Origin: an uncultured Mollicutes bacterium
Lineage (GTDB): Bacteria; Bacillota_I; Bacilli_A; ML615J-28; CAG-313
Assembly (NCBI GenBank): GCA_900548675.1
Contig: URLJ01000004.1
Span: forward strand, 13,943 to 77,942
Direction of reading: 5' to 3'
Length of the DNA: 64,000 nucleotides
Shown here: positions 1-9,878 of the stretch, piece by piece
How the letters are laid out: each line of letters begins with the position of its first letter
How positions within the stretch are numbered: position 1 is the first letter of the stretch
The notes under the pieces: model-generated
What the model was told of the DNA's origin: nothing
The model's database searches: none
What the model saw: only the letters and a program-made list of their open reading frames with translations
Program-made: the position numbers and the translations under genes

Positions 1-1001
1 ATCCTTTAACATACACAATAATTAATATTGCGATAGTATTGTTAATTTATGTTGGGGCTATGAAAGTTAATACAGGTGTATTGAAACAAGGTGAAGTAAT
101 AGCGCTATATAACTATATGTCACAAATATTGGTAGAACTTGTTAAATTAGCAAATTTGATAATTACAATTACTAAAGCTCTAGCTTGTTCATCAAGAATA
201 GGTAAAATATTAGAAAAAGATACAACAATTACTTATAAAAATAGTATAAAAGAAAATGCTGAAAACTTTATTTCTTTTGAAAATGTTGTGTTAGAATACA
301 AAGATTCTGGTGCGCCATCACTTGAGGGAATTAGTTTTACCGTTAACAAAGGAGAAACAATAGGAATCATCGGTGCTACGGGGAGTGGAAAGAGTAGTTT
401 AGTGAATTTAATACCACGTTTTTATGAACCTACATCTGGAAGAATAACGATAGATGGAAAAGATATTATGAGTTATAATATTGAAGAATTGCGTGGTATG
501 GTAGGTATAGTTCTTCAAAAAGCAGTTCTTTTTGAAGGGACTATAAGAGATAATATAAAATGGGGTAAAAAAGACGCAACAACTGATGAAATCATCGAAG
601 CATGTCGCCTTAGTGAAGCGCTAGACATAATATCAAAAAAAGAAAAAGGATTAGACAGTATAGTTGAACAGGGGGGGAAGAACTTTTCCGGTGGTCAGCG
701 TCAGCGATTAAGTATCGCTAGAGCGCTCGTTAAAAAACCAGAAATATTAATACTCGATGATTCATCTAGTGCTCTTGACTATGCTACAGATGCTGCTCTA
801 CGGAAAAACTTAAAAAATTTATCTCCTAAACCAACAATTTTTATTGTTTCACAAAGAACGTTATCAATAGAAAATGCTGATAAAATTATTGTTTTAGAAA
901 ATGGTAGAATAGTAGGATTTGATAATCACAATAATCTACTTAAAAATTGTGAAGTATACCAAGAAATATATTATTCCCAATTTAAAAAGGGGGTTAAATA
1001 A
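1..1001 (+). CDS. ABC exporter subunit (fused permease/ATPase), 5'-truncated by window edge
   Basis: The frame is open from base 3, with no stop before the TTG at 39 used by the ORF caller. NBD motifs: Walker A GATGSGKS, signature FSGGQRQR, Walker B ILILDD (Asp in place of the catalytic Glu), switch IVSQR (Gln in place of His). Confidence 0.9.
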   Translation, partial: PLTYTIINIAIVLLIYVGAMKVNTGVLKQGEVIALYNYMSQILVELVKLANLIITITKALACSSRIGKILEKDTTITYKNSIKENAENFISFENVVLEYKDSGAPSLEGISFTVNKGETIGIIGATGSGKSSLVNLIPRFYEPTSGRITIDGKDIMSYNIEELRGMVGIVLQKAVLFEGTIRDNIKWGKKDATTDEIIEACRLSEALDIISKKEKGLDSIVEQGGKNFSGGQRQRLSIARALVKKPEILILDDSSSALDYATDAALRKNLKNLSPKPTIFIVSQRTLSIENADKIIVLENGRIVGFDNHNNLLKNCEVYQEIYYSQFKKGVK

Positions 1002-2746
1002 TGGAAAAACAAACTATTAAACGTGTTTTGAAATATCTTGATAAAGATTTATTTATAGTAATTCTTACGTTAATTCTTTCAATAATTACAGTAGCTTTCA
1101 CAATTTATGTTCCTATTTTATGTGGAAAAGCATTCGATGTAATTGTTGGTACAAATAATGTTGATTTCCAAAGTTTAAAAGAAATCCTATTTAAAATAAT
1201 TGTGGTAGTTGTATCTACTAGTATTTTACAATGGATTATGATGACTTTAAATAATTTAATGACATATCGGATTGCTAGAAGACTTCGCATAGAGTGTTTT
1301 AATAAACTCCAAGTTTTACCACTTAAATATTTGGATTCTCATCAAAGTGGTGAAACGGTTAGCATTATAATCAGTGATGTTGAGACTTTTTCAGATGGCT
1401 TATTACTAGGTTTTACACAATTATTTACAGGTATTACGAGTATAATTGGAACCATTATAATTATGATGCTAATAAATTGGATTATCGGTTTAGTTGTTAT
1501 TATTGTTACGCCATTGTCGTTATTCGTTGCGAAATTTATCGCGACAAAAACGTATAAAATGTTTAAAGAACAATCGCTCGTAAGATCCAAACAAACAGCA
1601 TTTATTAATGAAATGGTCAGTAATTTAAAAGTTGTCGCAGCATATTCCCACGAAGAAGAAAATGTAAAAAATTTCTCTTTAATAAATGAAGAGTTAGAAA
1701 AATGTAGTTTAAAAGCGATATTTTATTCATCGTTAACAAATCCATCTACACGCTTTGTAAATGCGGTCGTATATGCACTAGTTGCTCTCTTTGGGGCTCT
1801 CTTCGTTATAAATCCTGTGCTATCACTAACTCTTACAGTTGGTGAATTGACAAGTTTTTTAAGTTATGCTAATCAGTATACCAAACCTTTTAATGAAATA
1901 TCCTCAGTTATAACAGAACTTCAAAATGCTTTTGCTTGTATTAGAAGAGTGTTTGACTTATTAGATGAAGAAGAAGAAAAAATATACCAAAATGAAAAAG
2001 TGTTAGAAGAAGATGTTGCAGGAATAGTTAGCATAAACAATGTTTATTTTTCATATGTACCTGAACAAAAGTTGATAGAAAACTTTAATCTTTATGTGCC
2101 AGTAGGTAAAAAGGTTGCAATAGTAGGGCCTACTGGATGTGGAAAAACAACGCTGATTAATTTATTAATGAGATTTTATGATGTTACAAAAGGTGAAATT
2201 AAGCTTGATGAATACAATATAAATGAAGTAACAAGAAAATCATTAAGAAAAAATTATGGTATGGTTCTTCAAGATACGTGGATTAAAACTGCCAGCGTTA
2301 AAGAAAATATATCTTTTGGTAATAAAAAGGCAACTGATGCCGAGATAGTATTAGCCGCAAAAAAAGCTCATGCTCATAATTTCATCATGCGGTTACCTGA
2401 GGGATATGACACAATTATTAGTGATGATGGTAACTTATCAGTAGGTGAAAAGCAATTACTTTGTATAGCGAGATTAATGCTTATTGCTCCTTCTATTTTG
2501 ATTCTTGATGAAGCAACATCATCAATTGATACTAGAACAGAACTTCAAATTCAAGAAGCTTTTAATAAGGTTATGGAAGGAAAAACAACATTTATTGTTG
2601 CTCACCGTATTTCCACCATTCAAGAAGCGGATATTATATTAGTTATGAAAGATGGCAATATTATAGAACAGGGTAACCATAAGGAATTATTAGAGAAACA
2701 AGGTTTCTATGCTACTTTATATAACTCACAGTTTGTGAAGTATTAA
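1001..2746 (+). CDS. ABC exporter subunit (fused permease/ATPase), partner of the upstream gene
   Basis: The ATG overlaps the upstream stop (TAATG). Hydrophobic N-terminal half. NBD with Walker A GPTGCGKTT, atypical signature LSVGEKQ, Walker B ILILDEAT, switch His in VAHRIST. Confidence 0.92.
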   Translation: MEKQTIKRVLKYLDKDLFIVILTLILSIITVAFTIYVPILCGKAFDVIVGTNNVDFQSLKEILFKIIVVVVSTSILQWIMMTLNNLMTYRIARRLRIECFNKLQVLPLKYLDSHQSGETVSIIISDVETFSDGLLLGFTQLFTGITSIIGTIIIMMLINWIIGLVVIIVTPLSLFVAKFIATKTYKMFKEQSLVRSKQTAFINEMVSNLKVVAAYSHEEENVKNFSLINEELEKCSLKAIFYSSLTNPSTRFVNAVVYALVALFGALFVINPVLSLTLTVGELTSFLSYANQYTKPFNEISSVITELQNAFACIRRVFDLLDEEEEKIYQNEKVLEEDVAGIVSINNVYFSYVPEQKLIENFNLYVPVGKKVAIVGPTGCGKTTLINLLMRFYDVTKGEIKLDEYNINEVTRKSLRKNYGMVLQDTWIKTASVKENISFGNKKATDAEIVLAAKKAHAHNFIMRLPEGYDTIISDDGNLSVGEKQLLCIARLMLIAPSILILDEATSSIDTRTELQIQEAFNKVMEGKTTFIVAHRISTIQEADIILVMKDGNIIEQGNHKELLEKQGFYATLYNSQFVKY

Positions 2747-2752
2747 GTATAA

Positions 2753-2785
2753 AAATACCTCTAAGCGTTTTGCTTAGAGGTATTT
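2753..2785. terminator. Bidirectional intrinsic terminator between convergent ABC and chrA genes
   Basis: Perfect 14-bp stem AAATACCTCTAAGC / GCTTAGAGGTATTT with a 5-nt loop, flanked by an A-run and a T-run. Confidence 0.75.
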
Positions 2786-2813
2786 CGTAAATTGTTTTAA
2801 ATTTTTTAATATG

Positions 2814-3386
2814 TTAAAAGTTTATTAGAGAAATAAATACACCTAAAAAAGCCGAAATGATTATAAGTGTAATTGTACCCATTTTTCTTTTTCGGTCTAT
2901 TTTGTATAGAAAATAGATGATACCAAGAAGAAATGTGATAATAAGGGCTTTATAGTTAAAATGAAATTCGGCACCTGTAATCCCTAAACTTTTGAAAGTA
3001 AGCAAAATTCCTGTTGATAGAATTAATCCTAAAATAACAGCCTTAATGCCATTTAGGGCTCTTTTTATTAGAACGTTATTGCTTAGTTTTTGGAAAATTG
3101 TGGAGATTAAAAGGATGATAATGAAAGAAGGAAGAACAACAGCGAAAGTTGCAATGAGGCTTCCTGGAAGGCCAGCGGTGGATGATCCGACATATGTTGC
3201 CATATTAATGGCGATAGGTCCTGGAGTAGATTCACAAACACCAATAAAATCATAAAATTGTAGTTCAGTTAACCAATTGTTACTAAGAACAGCTTCCTTT
3301 ATTAGAGGAATCATCGCATATCCTCCACCAAATGTAAAAAGACCTATTTTAAAAAATTCTAAAAATAGTTTTAAAAGTATCATCAT
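2814..3386 (-). CDS. Chromate transporter (CHR) family protein, short form
   Basis: Multi-TM protein with GGGYAMIPLI and ESTPGPIAINMATYVG motifs typical of ChrA-family half-size proteins. Confidence 0.8.
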   Translation of the reverse strand: MMILLKLFLEFFKIGLFTFGGGYAMIPLIKEAVLSNNWLTELQFYDFIGVCESTPGPIAINMATYVGSSTAGLPGSLIATFAVVLPSFIIILLISTIFQKLSNNVLIKRALNGIKAVILGLILSTGILLTFKSLGITGAEFHFNYKALIITFLLGIIYFLYKIDRKRKMGTITLIIISAFLGVFISLINF

Positions 3387-3952
3387 TAGTTCCCTCCTTT
3401 TTTTCTTTCAGAAAGTGAATAATAGATAATACCGAGTATTCCCCCAACAATTATTAAAAAAATGGAAGAGAAGTTAATTGAAAGGAAATCAAAAACAATC
3501 ATTAAAATTGTAACGACGCTTAAAATAGTTATTTGAAACCAGTTCTTTTTAGATTTAATAATCATTTCAATAGCAGTTTTTATGATAAGAAATGCAACAG
3601 CACATTTAATGCCCACGAACGCATATGATACATATTTGTTTTGAATGAAACTGTTAAAAAATAAGGAAATAATAAAAATAGTTATTAAAGATGGGAGAAC
3701 AACTCCTAAAGTTGCAAGAACGCTTCCTAAAAATTTTCCAACTTTATATCCCACAAACGTTGCCATGTTAACCGCGATAGGTCCCGGTGTTGATTCTGAT
3801 ACAGCGAGGATTTCTAATAGTTCATCTTCTATTAACCATTTCTTTTTTTCAATGGTTAATTCTTTTATTTGGGAAATCATGGCATAACCACCACCAAATG
3901 TAAAAGCACCTATTTTAAGAAACTCTAAAAAAAGTTCTAAGTTTTTATGCAT
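3386..3952 (-). CDS. Chromate transporter (CHR) family protein, short form (pair partner)
   Basis: GGGYAMISQI and ESTPGPIAVNMATFVG motifs. It abuts the downstream paralogue by 1 nt, the arrangement typical of split ChrA pairs. Confidence 0.8.
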   Translation of the reverse strand: MHKNLELFLEFLKIGAFTFGGGYAMISQIKELTIEKKKWLIEDELLEILAVSESTPGPIAVNMATFVGYKVGKFLGSVLATLGVVLPSLITIFIISLFFNSFIQNKYVSYAFVGIKCAVAFLIIKTAIEMIIKSKKNWFQITILSVVTILMIVFDFLSINFSSIFLIIVGGILGIIYYSLSERKKGGN

Positions 3953-4072
3953 AAGGCTTTCTCCTTTTTTATTATTATAACATCTTTTAGATAAATTAGA
4001 AAGACAATCGATTTATTATCTTTTATTTTTTTTAAAAAAACAAATTGTGATATAATAATAAAGAGGAAAGTT

Positions 4073-5251
4073 ATGAAAGAAATAGTTAAATACAGATTAT
4101 TATCATTAATAAGATATTTAGGAGATGCCTTATTTTACCCCTTTTTCTCATTGTATCTTTCGAGTAAAGGTTTAGGAGAGTCGGCAATCGGTTTTATATT
4201 ATCCATTACACCAATCATTTCTATACTAGCTAATCCATTGTATGCTAATTTGTGTAAAAATGTTAATACAGCTAAAAAAACGCTTAGCATAATCACTGTT
4301 ATTGAAGCTATAATAATTATTACAATAGCTTTTACATCGAATTATTATTTGCTAATTGTGTTAACATTCCTTCTCGCTATATCTGGTTCAAGTCATTATG
4401 GTCTTATGGATTCGGTTGTTGCCGTCTATGCAGATTCAAATGAATGTTCCTATTCTAGTATTAGAATGTTTGGATCAGTTGCTTATATTATAGGTACAGC
4501 CATCGGAGGATATATTATTAAATGGATAAATTATGAAGGATGTTTTATCATCGCTGCGGGTTTATTTATTATATCATCCATCGCGTATATTTCTTTAAAA
4601 AAACTACAAGTAACATCGGCAGTTAATGAAAAAATAAAATATACTTCCCTTTTCAAAAATAAACAATTTGTTTTATTTTTAATACTTTATATTCTGTTAA
4701 ATGGTACAATTTACGCAAGTGATTCGTTCTATGCATTGTATTTAAAAACAAGAGGATTAGATGAGACAAAGTATGGACTAGTTTATTCTTATTTTGTTGG
4801 ATTTGAAGTATTAACTATTATTATATTAAACATTTTTAATAAAAAAAATCATTATAAAGATAATTCTGTCCTATTACTAATTATTGCTTCTTTATCATTT
4901 GTTACTAGGACATATATAAATTATATTAATGCCAATATTATTATTACGGTAATATCATCAGCCTTAAGAGGGCTTGGCTTTGGAATAATACTTCATATAA
5001 GTTTTGGTTTTGTTGTGAAGTTAGTTGGTAAAAATAAAGCCACTTTCGCGATTATGTTGATGAGTTTATCACAAGCAATTTATGTTGCCTTGTTTGATAA
5101 TATTGCGGGGAATATTATAGAAAAAAGCACATTTAGAAATTTTTACTTTATTACTTTAATTATTAGTTTATTAATCGTCATTTATATTTGCTTTTGGGCA
5201 ATTAATTATAAAACAAAAACAATGATTAAAATGAAGGGAGAAAAGATATGA
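4073..5251 (+). CDS. MFS-type transporter (about 12 TM)
   Basis: 392-aa highly hydrophobic protein with two 6-helix halves. RBS AAGAGGAAAG lies upstream and an extended -10 TGTGATATAAT further upstream. Substrate unknown. Confidence 0.7.
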   Translation: MKEIVKYRLLSLIRYLGDALFYPFFSLYLSSKGLGESAIGFILSITPIISILANPLYANLCKNVNTAKKTLSIITVIEAIIIITIAFTSNYYLLIVLTFLLAISGSSHYGLMDSVVAVYADSNECSYSSIRMFGSVAYIIGTAIGGYIIKWINYEGCFIIAAGLFIISSIAYISLKKLQVTSAVNEKIKYTSLFKNKQFVLFLILYILLNGTIYASDSFYALYLKTRGLDETKYGLVYSYFVGFEVLTIIILNIFNKKNHYKDNSVLLLIIASLSFVTRTYINYINANIIITVISSALRGLGFGIILHISFGFVVKLVGKNKATFAIMLMSLSQAIYVALFDNIAGNIIEKSTFRNFYFITLIISLLIVIYICFWAINYKTKTMIKMKGEKI

Positions 5252-6447
5252 GTAATATTATTGATTATGTGAAATGGCGTGGAGATATAACATTTGAACA
5301 AGATCCGTTTAATGAAGTTGATGCAGTTGTTTTATCACAATTAGCTCAATTACCTTTTAAAGAAATAGCTGAGAGTATTGATGTTAAAAAAATGACGATA
5401 AAAGTCACTGCTTCAAAATTAAAAAAGGCCTTAGTTGGAAAAAACTTTGATTTAGGATTAATTCTTCCTCGCGACATCTTTGAATTATTTTATCTTATGG
5501 GGGCTTCAAAAAGATTTGGACCTGTAGTGCTTTCTGATTATGTAAACGACATATACATTGAAAAAGAAACCCAATTTTGTGCTTTAACAGCCGATGTACC
5601 TAGCTCTGCAAGAGTAATTATATTTTGTGGTACAGATGATACTATTGTAGGATGGAGGGAAGACTTTAATATGATTTGTATCTCCCCGACACCTGCTCAA
5701 GCAAAATCTGTTGTATATCTTGAAAAGGCCTTAAAAGATGTCGAAAAAGGTATAATATGTGGTCACTCAAAAGGTGGAAATCTTGCGATGTATAGTTTAG
5801 TACATGCAGATATTTCAACTCAAGAAAAAGTAATTCATAGTTATAATATAGATGGACCTGGCTTTACTGAAGATGTAAATTTAATTCCAAGATTCAAAGA
5901 AAATATGGAAAAAACTAGTTTACATATTGGTCAAACTGCCGTTGTAGGGCGATTCTTTGATCATTATGAAAAAGAAATTGTTGTTCATAGTAATGCTGTA
6001 GGATTATATCAACATGACGTGTTCAGTTGGGAAGTATTGGGAAAATCTTTTGTGAAAGAACATGGAGTGACTAAAGAATGTCTTCACATTGAAAACATTG
6101 TAAAGGACATTTTAAAAGATACAACAGCCTTACAAAAGCAACAATTCGTGGAAGTAATATTTGATATGTTACAGTCAACTGATTCTAAAACATTACTTGA
6201 TGTTAATAAGAAAAAACAAAAATTGATTACATCTTATCTAACACTTGATGCAAAAACAAAGAAACTTCTAACTGAGATGACAAGCCGTTTGGTAATGGAT
6301 AGGGTAGTTCAAAAATACTTTTTTGCAAATATCAAGGAAATGCAGAAGAAGGAAAAGGAAAAAGCGAAAGAATTAAATATATCGAAAAAACCTAAACTAA
6401 TATCAATAAAAATTTCTAATAATAAAAATAAAAAGAAAGATGGATAA
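5248..6447 (+). CDS. DUF2974 (Mbeg1-like) alpha/beta-hydrolase-fold protein
   Basis: N-terminal YVKWRGDITFEQDPFNEVD and the nucleophile-elbow-like GHSKGGNLA resemble the DUF2974 family as I recall it. The ATG overlaps the MFS stop (ATATGA). Lys-rich C-terminal tail. Confidence 0.6.
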   Translation: MSNIIDYVKWRGDITFEQDPFNEVDAVVLSQLAQLPFKEIAESIDVKKMTIKVTASKLKKALVGKNFDLGLILPRDIFELFYLMGASKRFGPVVLSDYVNDIYIEKETQFCALTADVPSSARVIIFCGTDDTIVGWREDFNMICISPTPAQAKSVVYLEKALKDVEKGIICGHSKGGNLAMYSLVHADISTQEKVIHSYNIDGPGFTEDVNLIPRFKENMEKTSLHIGQTAVVGRFFDHYEKEIVVHSNAVGLYQHDVFSWEVLGKSFVKEHGVTKECLHIENIVKDILKDTTALQKQQFVEVIFDMLQSTDSKTLLDVNKKKQKLITSYLTLDAKTKKLLTEMTSRLVMDRVVQKYFFANIKEMQKKEKEKAKELNISKKPKLISIKISNNKNKKKDG

Positions 6448-6453
6448 AATCTA

Positions 6454-6478
6454 AAAAGGCACTAAAATGCCTTTTTTA
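6454..6478 (+). terminator. Intrinsic terminator after the DUF2974 gene
   Basis: AAAAGGC-ACTAAAAT-GCCTTTT hairpin followed by a T-run. Confidence 0.6.
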
Positions 6479-6587
6479 TTTAGGTAAAAATCGCTTGTTA
6501 AAAAATGTACATAAAAAAAGAAATATCCAAAAAGAGTGAAAAAAAATATCATTTATGATAAAATAATTGAATGTGAGAGGTGATAAT

Positions 6588-7031
6588 ATGAAAGTTGCTA
6601 TTGCATCAGATCATGCTGGATATCTTCTAAAAGAGGAAATTAAAAAGCACTTACAAAATAATTATGATGTTATTGATTTCGGAACTAATTCTACCGAATC
6701 AGTTGATTATCCCGATTTTGCTAAACAGGTTGCTAAATATGTTCAAAATAATGATTCTTTAGGAATACTAGTCTGTTACACGGGTGTCGGCATGAGTATA
6801 ACCGCTAATAAATATCATGGCGTAAGAGCAGCACTTGTATTTAATGAAGCTAATGCTATGCTAGCTAGAGAACATAATAATGCTAACATAATATGCCTTG
6901 GATCGAAAGATGTAACAGTTTCTAACGCCATAAAGTATGTGGATATTTTTTTAACAACTGCTTTTGCAGGTGGCAGACATGCAAGACGCGTTAATAAAAT
7001 AAATGAGTGTGAGATTGATGGCGAAAAATAA
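6588..7031 (+). CDS. rpiB: Ribose-5-phosphate isomerase B
   Basis: MKVAIASDHAGY start and CYTGVGMSITANK match the RpiB/LacAB family. Start placed at the ATG behind RBS GAGAGGTGA rather than the TTG at 6567. Confidence 0.88.
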   Translation: MKVAIASDHAGYLLKEEIKKHLQNNYDVIDFGTNSTESVDYPDFAKQVAKYVQNNDSLGILVCYTGVGMSITANKYHGVRAALVFNEANAMLAREHNNANIICLGSKDVTVSNAIKYVDIFLTTAFAGGRHARRVNKINECEIDGEK

Positions 7032-7341
7032 AAATAAAAAAGAAAAAGCCGCATATAATTTTAAAATATATAATTTAATTATGAGTAATGTTTGGCGCTT
7101 TTTAACAACACTTTTAATTGGTGTTTTAGGTGGTTATTTGGCATCTAGAAATGGCCCTAAAGGAAATAATTATTGGTTGATAATGATACTAGTTTTTTTA
7201 GTTATTGGTCTAATTAATTTTTTTCTTGGCATCTATAAAGAACATAAAAAACTAATTGAAAGAGAAGAAGCAAAAAAACAAAGAATTTTAGAAAAACAAA
7301 AAGAAAATGAAGAAAATGAATCTTTGGAAAATAAAGAATGA
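7003..7341 (+). CDS. AtpZ/AtpI-type small membrane protein of the ATP synthase operon
   Basis: Two-TM hairpin VWRFLTTLLIGVLGGYLASR ... YWLIMILVFLVIGLINFFLGIYK followed by a charged tail. Sits directly upstream of atpI-atpB. True start uncertain (ATG at 7003, 7018 or 7081). Confidence 0.55.
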   Translation: MSVRLMAKNKNKKEKAAYNFKIYNLIMSNVWRFLTTLLIGVLGGYLASRNGPKGNNYWLIMILVFLVIGLINFFLGIYKEHKKLIEREEAKKQRILEKQKENEENESLENKE

Positions 7342-7696
7342 AAAAATTGAAAATGTAATAGGAATAGTTAGTACTACCCTAGCGCTAATAATTGGTGTCA
7401 TCATTGCTTTTTTTCAAGCAACTTATGCATTAATATTTATTATTACTTATTTTGCATCTTTGTTTTGTTTTCTTAAACGCAATTTTGTAATAACTAAATT
7501 GCTTTATTTCGAAGTATCAAGACCTAAACTTGTTACAATGTTAGATTATGTGATTAGTTATTCTATATACGGAATAATCCTTTATCTTGCATTAACCATA
7601 AACACCTGGTGTTTTATAATAAGTGCTATGGGATTATTTGTAATTAAAATTATAACTTTAATTATAGGCATGGCAACCAAAAACGACAATAAGTGA
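7307..7696 (+). CDS. atpI: ATP synthase protein I-like membrane protein
   Basis: 129-aa protein with about 4 TM helices immediately upstream of atpB. Assigned by position and topology only. Confidence 0.55.
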   Translation: MKKMNLWKIKNEKIENVIGIVSTTLALIIGVIIAFFQATYALIFIITYFASLFCFLKRNFVITKLLYFEVSRPKLVTMLDYVISYSIYGIILYLALTINTWCFIISAMGLFVIKIITLIIGMATKNDNK

Positions 7697-7710
7697 TGGG
7701 AGGTGATAGA

Positions 7711-8418
7711 TTGACCTATTTAACTTTTTTTGAATTTTATAAAAGAATGTCACCAAATTTTAAAGCATCAATGATAATTATTGCTTTTCTCATTCTTTTA
7801 GTTATTGATATTGGTATAAGAGTAAAATATGCTTACCCTAATAAGCCTTCCAAAGGGATAGTTCTTTTAGCTGAAACCCTTGTATCATGGATCAATGATA
7901 TGTGTATTACTAATCATGGCAAGTATTGGAAAAGATATGCTCCATATATTTTAACAATGGCTATATTCATATTTGTATCAAATATTAGTGGGTTATTTGG
8001 TTTTGCATCACCTACGGCTAATGTGGCTATAACTGTTGCGTTAGGTGTTATTGCGGGATTCAGAATCCAGTTTGCGAGCATTAGGACAGTGGGATTTAAA
8101 AATTATTTGAAGAGCTTTTTAGAACCCACACCAATTATGTTACCACTAAATATTATTAGTGAAATTGTGACTCCTTTTTCTTTAGGTTTACGTTTATTTG
8201 GAAACATTCTAAGTGGTGGAGTTATATTATCACTAATATATAATACGTTATTAATGATAAAAATAGGTTGGTTTCCACTAGGAGGTATTTTGTCAACAAT
8301 CATAACTCCTGCATTCCACGCCATTTTTGATATATTCTTTGGCGCTATTCAAACCTATGTATTTATACTATTAGTTACTGTGTTTATTTCAGGAAAACTA
8401 CCTGAAGAAGATGTTTAA
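7711..8418 (+). CDS. atpB: F0F1 ATP synthase subunit a
   Basis: Conserved a-subunit C-terminus LGLRLFGNILSGG with the essential Arg. Start set at the TTG behind GGGAGGTGA; the ORF caller start at 7693 is an alternative. Confidence 0.9.
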   Translation: MTYLTFFEFYKRMSPNFKASMIIIAFLILLVIDIGIRVKYAYPNKPSKGIVLLAETLVSWINDMCITNHGKYWKRYAPYILTMAIFIFVSNISGLFGFASPTANVAITVALGVIAGFRIQFASIRTVGFKNYLKSFLEPTPIMLPLNIISEIVTPFSLGLRLFGNILSGGVILSLIYNTLLMIKIGWFPLGGILSTIITPAFHAIFDIFFGAIQTYVFILLVTVFISGKLPEEDV

Positions 8419-8433
8419 AAAATGAAAAAATAA

Positions 8434-8760
<327 letters not shown>

Positions 8761-8767
8761 ACAGTAG

Positions 8768-9340
8768 GTGAATATGGATCAAGTAGCAGAAGCTGTAAAG
8801 TCAGCAATTGAAAATGGTATCGACATCCTTCGTGATGCTGGAGGAATTGATGTAATGGCTGCTACTTTTATCGCGCAAATTTGTGCTACAATAGTTCTTA
8901 TTTTAGTGGTTAGATTTCGTTTTTGGAATATTGTAACAAACTTTATTGCCAAAAAAAGCGAAGCTATGAATGAAAGTCTTCGTAAAAAAGAAGAAGCCCT
9001 AAAAGAAGCTAAAGAAATCGAACAAGCATCTTGCGAGTTAAAAGAAGCAACCAAAAAAGAAGCTGATATGATTATCGAAGAGGCTAAAGCAATCGGCAAA
9101 AAAGAGGCTGATGAAATGATAAAACAAGCTGAAGAAGAAATTGCGTATGAAACTTCTAAAGCATCAAATGAAATCAAAAAAGAGCGCCTTGAAGCCGAAA
9201 AAGAAATAAGAAATGAAATAATTGATGTTGCGTATTGTTTAGCAGAAAAAATGGTATCTAAAGATTTAAATAAAGCTGATAATGAACAAATGGTTAATGA
9301 ATTTTTAGATAAAATTGAGGAAGAACATGCAAGAAAGTAA
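8768..9340 (+). CDS. atpF: F0F1 ATP synthase subunit b
   Basis: One N-terminal TM helix, then a long charged helix rich in E/K/A. Operon position. The start could be the ATG at 8774. Confidence 0.85.
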   Translation: MNMDQVAEAVKSAIENGIDILRDAGGIDVMAATFIAQICATIVLILVVRFRFWNIVTNFIAKKSEAMNESLRKKEEALKEAKEIEQASCELKEATKKEADMIIEEAKAIGKKEADEMIKQAEEEIAYETSKASNEIKKERLEAEKEIRNEIIDVAYCLAEKMVSKDLNKADNEQMVNEFLDKIEEEHARK

Positions 9341-9878
9341 TCGAATTAATGAAGTAGATTTACAATACGCAAAAGCTTTGATAGAGTTAGGTACTGAAAA
9401 AAATATAGATCACAGGGAAATTTTAGAAATGCTTGAAGTGGTAAATAAGGCTTTTCTTGAAAATAGTGATATTTATAAAATTTTAAATCATCCAAATATT
9501 AAAAATACCGAAAAGCAAAAGATTATTACTAATATTGTTAATGAAGAATTAATTAAGAACTTTTTATTTGTTTTGATTGATAATAAACGATTAAGTGAAT
9601 TACCAAATATTTGTAATGCATTAAGACAAATGGTTGATGATTTAAATAACATTAAAAGGATTGAAGTTATTTCTAGTTACCAATTGACTTTAGAAAAGCA
9701 AAATGAAATAATAAAGAAACTTAGTACTTATTACCAAAAAGATGTCGAAGTAAAATTTACTATAGATGAAAAAATTATTGCGGGAATAATCATAAAAACC
9801 CGTGATGAAATTATTAATCAAAGTTTACTTCAAAATATTCTTAATTTAAAGAATGAACTTAAAGGGGAGGTGAGATAA
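9327..9878 (+). CDS. atpH: F0F1 ATP synthase subunit delta
   Basis: OSCP/delta-like start (YAKALIELG), size, and position between atpF and atpA. Start set at the ATG behind GAGGAAG. Confidence 0.85.
   Translation: MQESNRINEVDLQYAKALIELGTEKNIDHREILEMLEVVNKAFLENSDIYKILNHPNIKNTEKQKIITNIVNEELIKNFLFVLIDNKRLSELPNICNALRQMVDDLNNIKRIEVISSYQLTLEKQNEIIKKLSTYYQKDVEVKFTIDEKIIAGIIIKTRDEIINQSLLQNILNLKNELKGEVR

Noticed and set aside
8779-9177. 132-aa minus-strand ORF inside atpF; likewise 11263..11682 across atpA/atpG and 49316..49741 antisense to sigK.
   Set aside because: All are antisense to confidently identified genes with charged, repetitive codon usage. There are no RBSs and no recognisable families.
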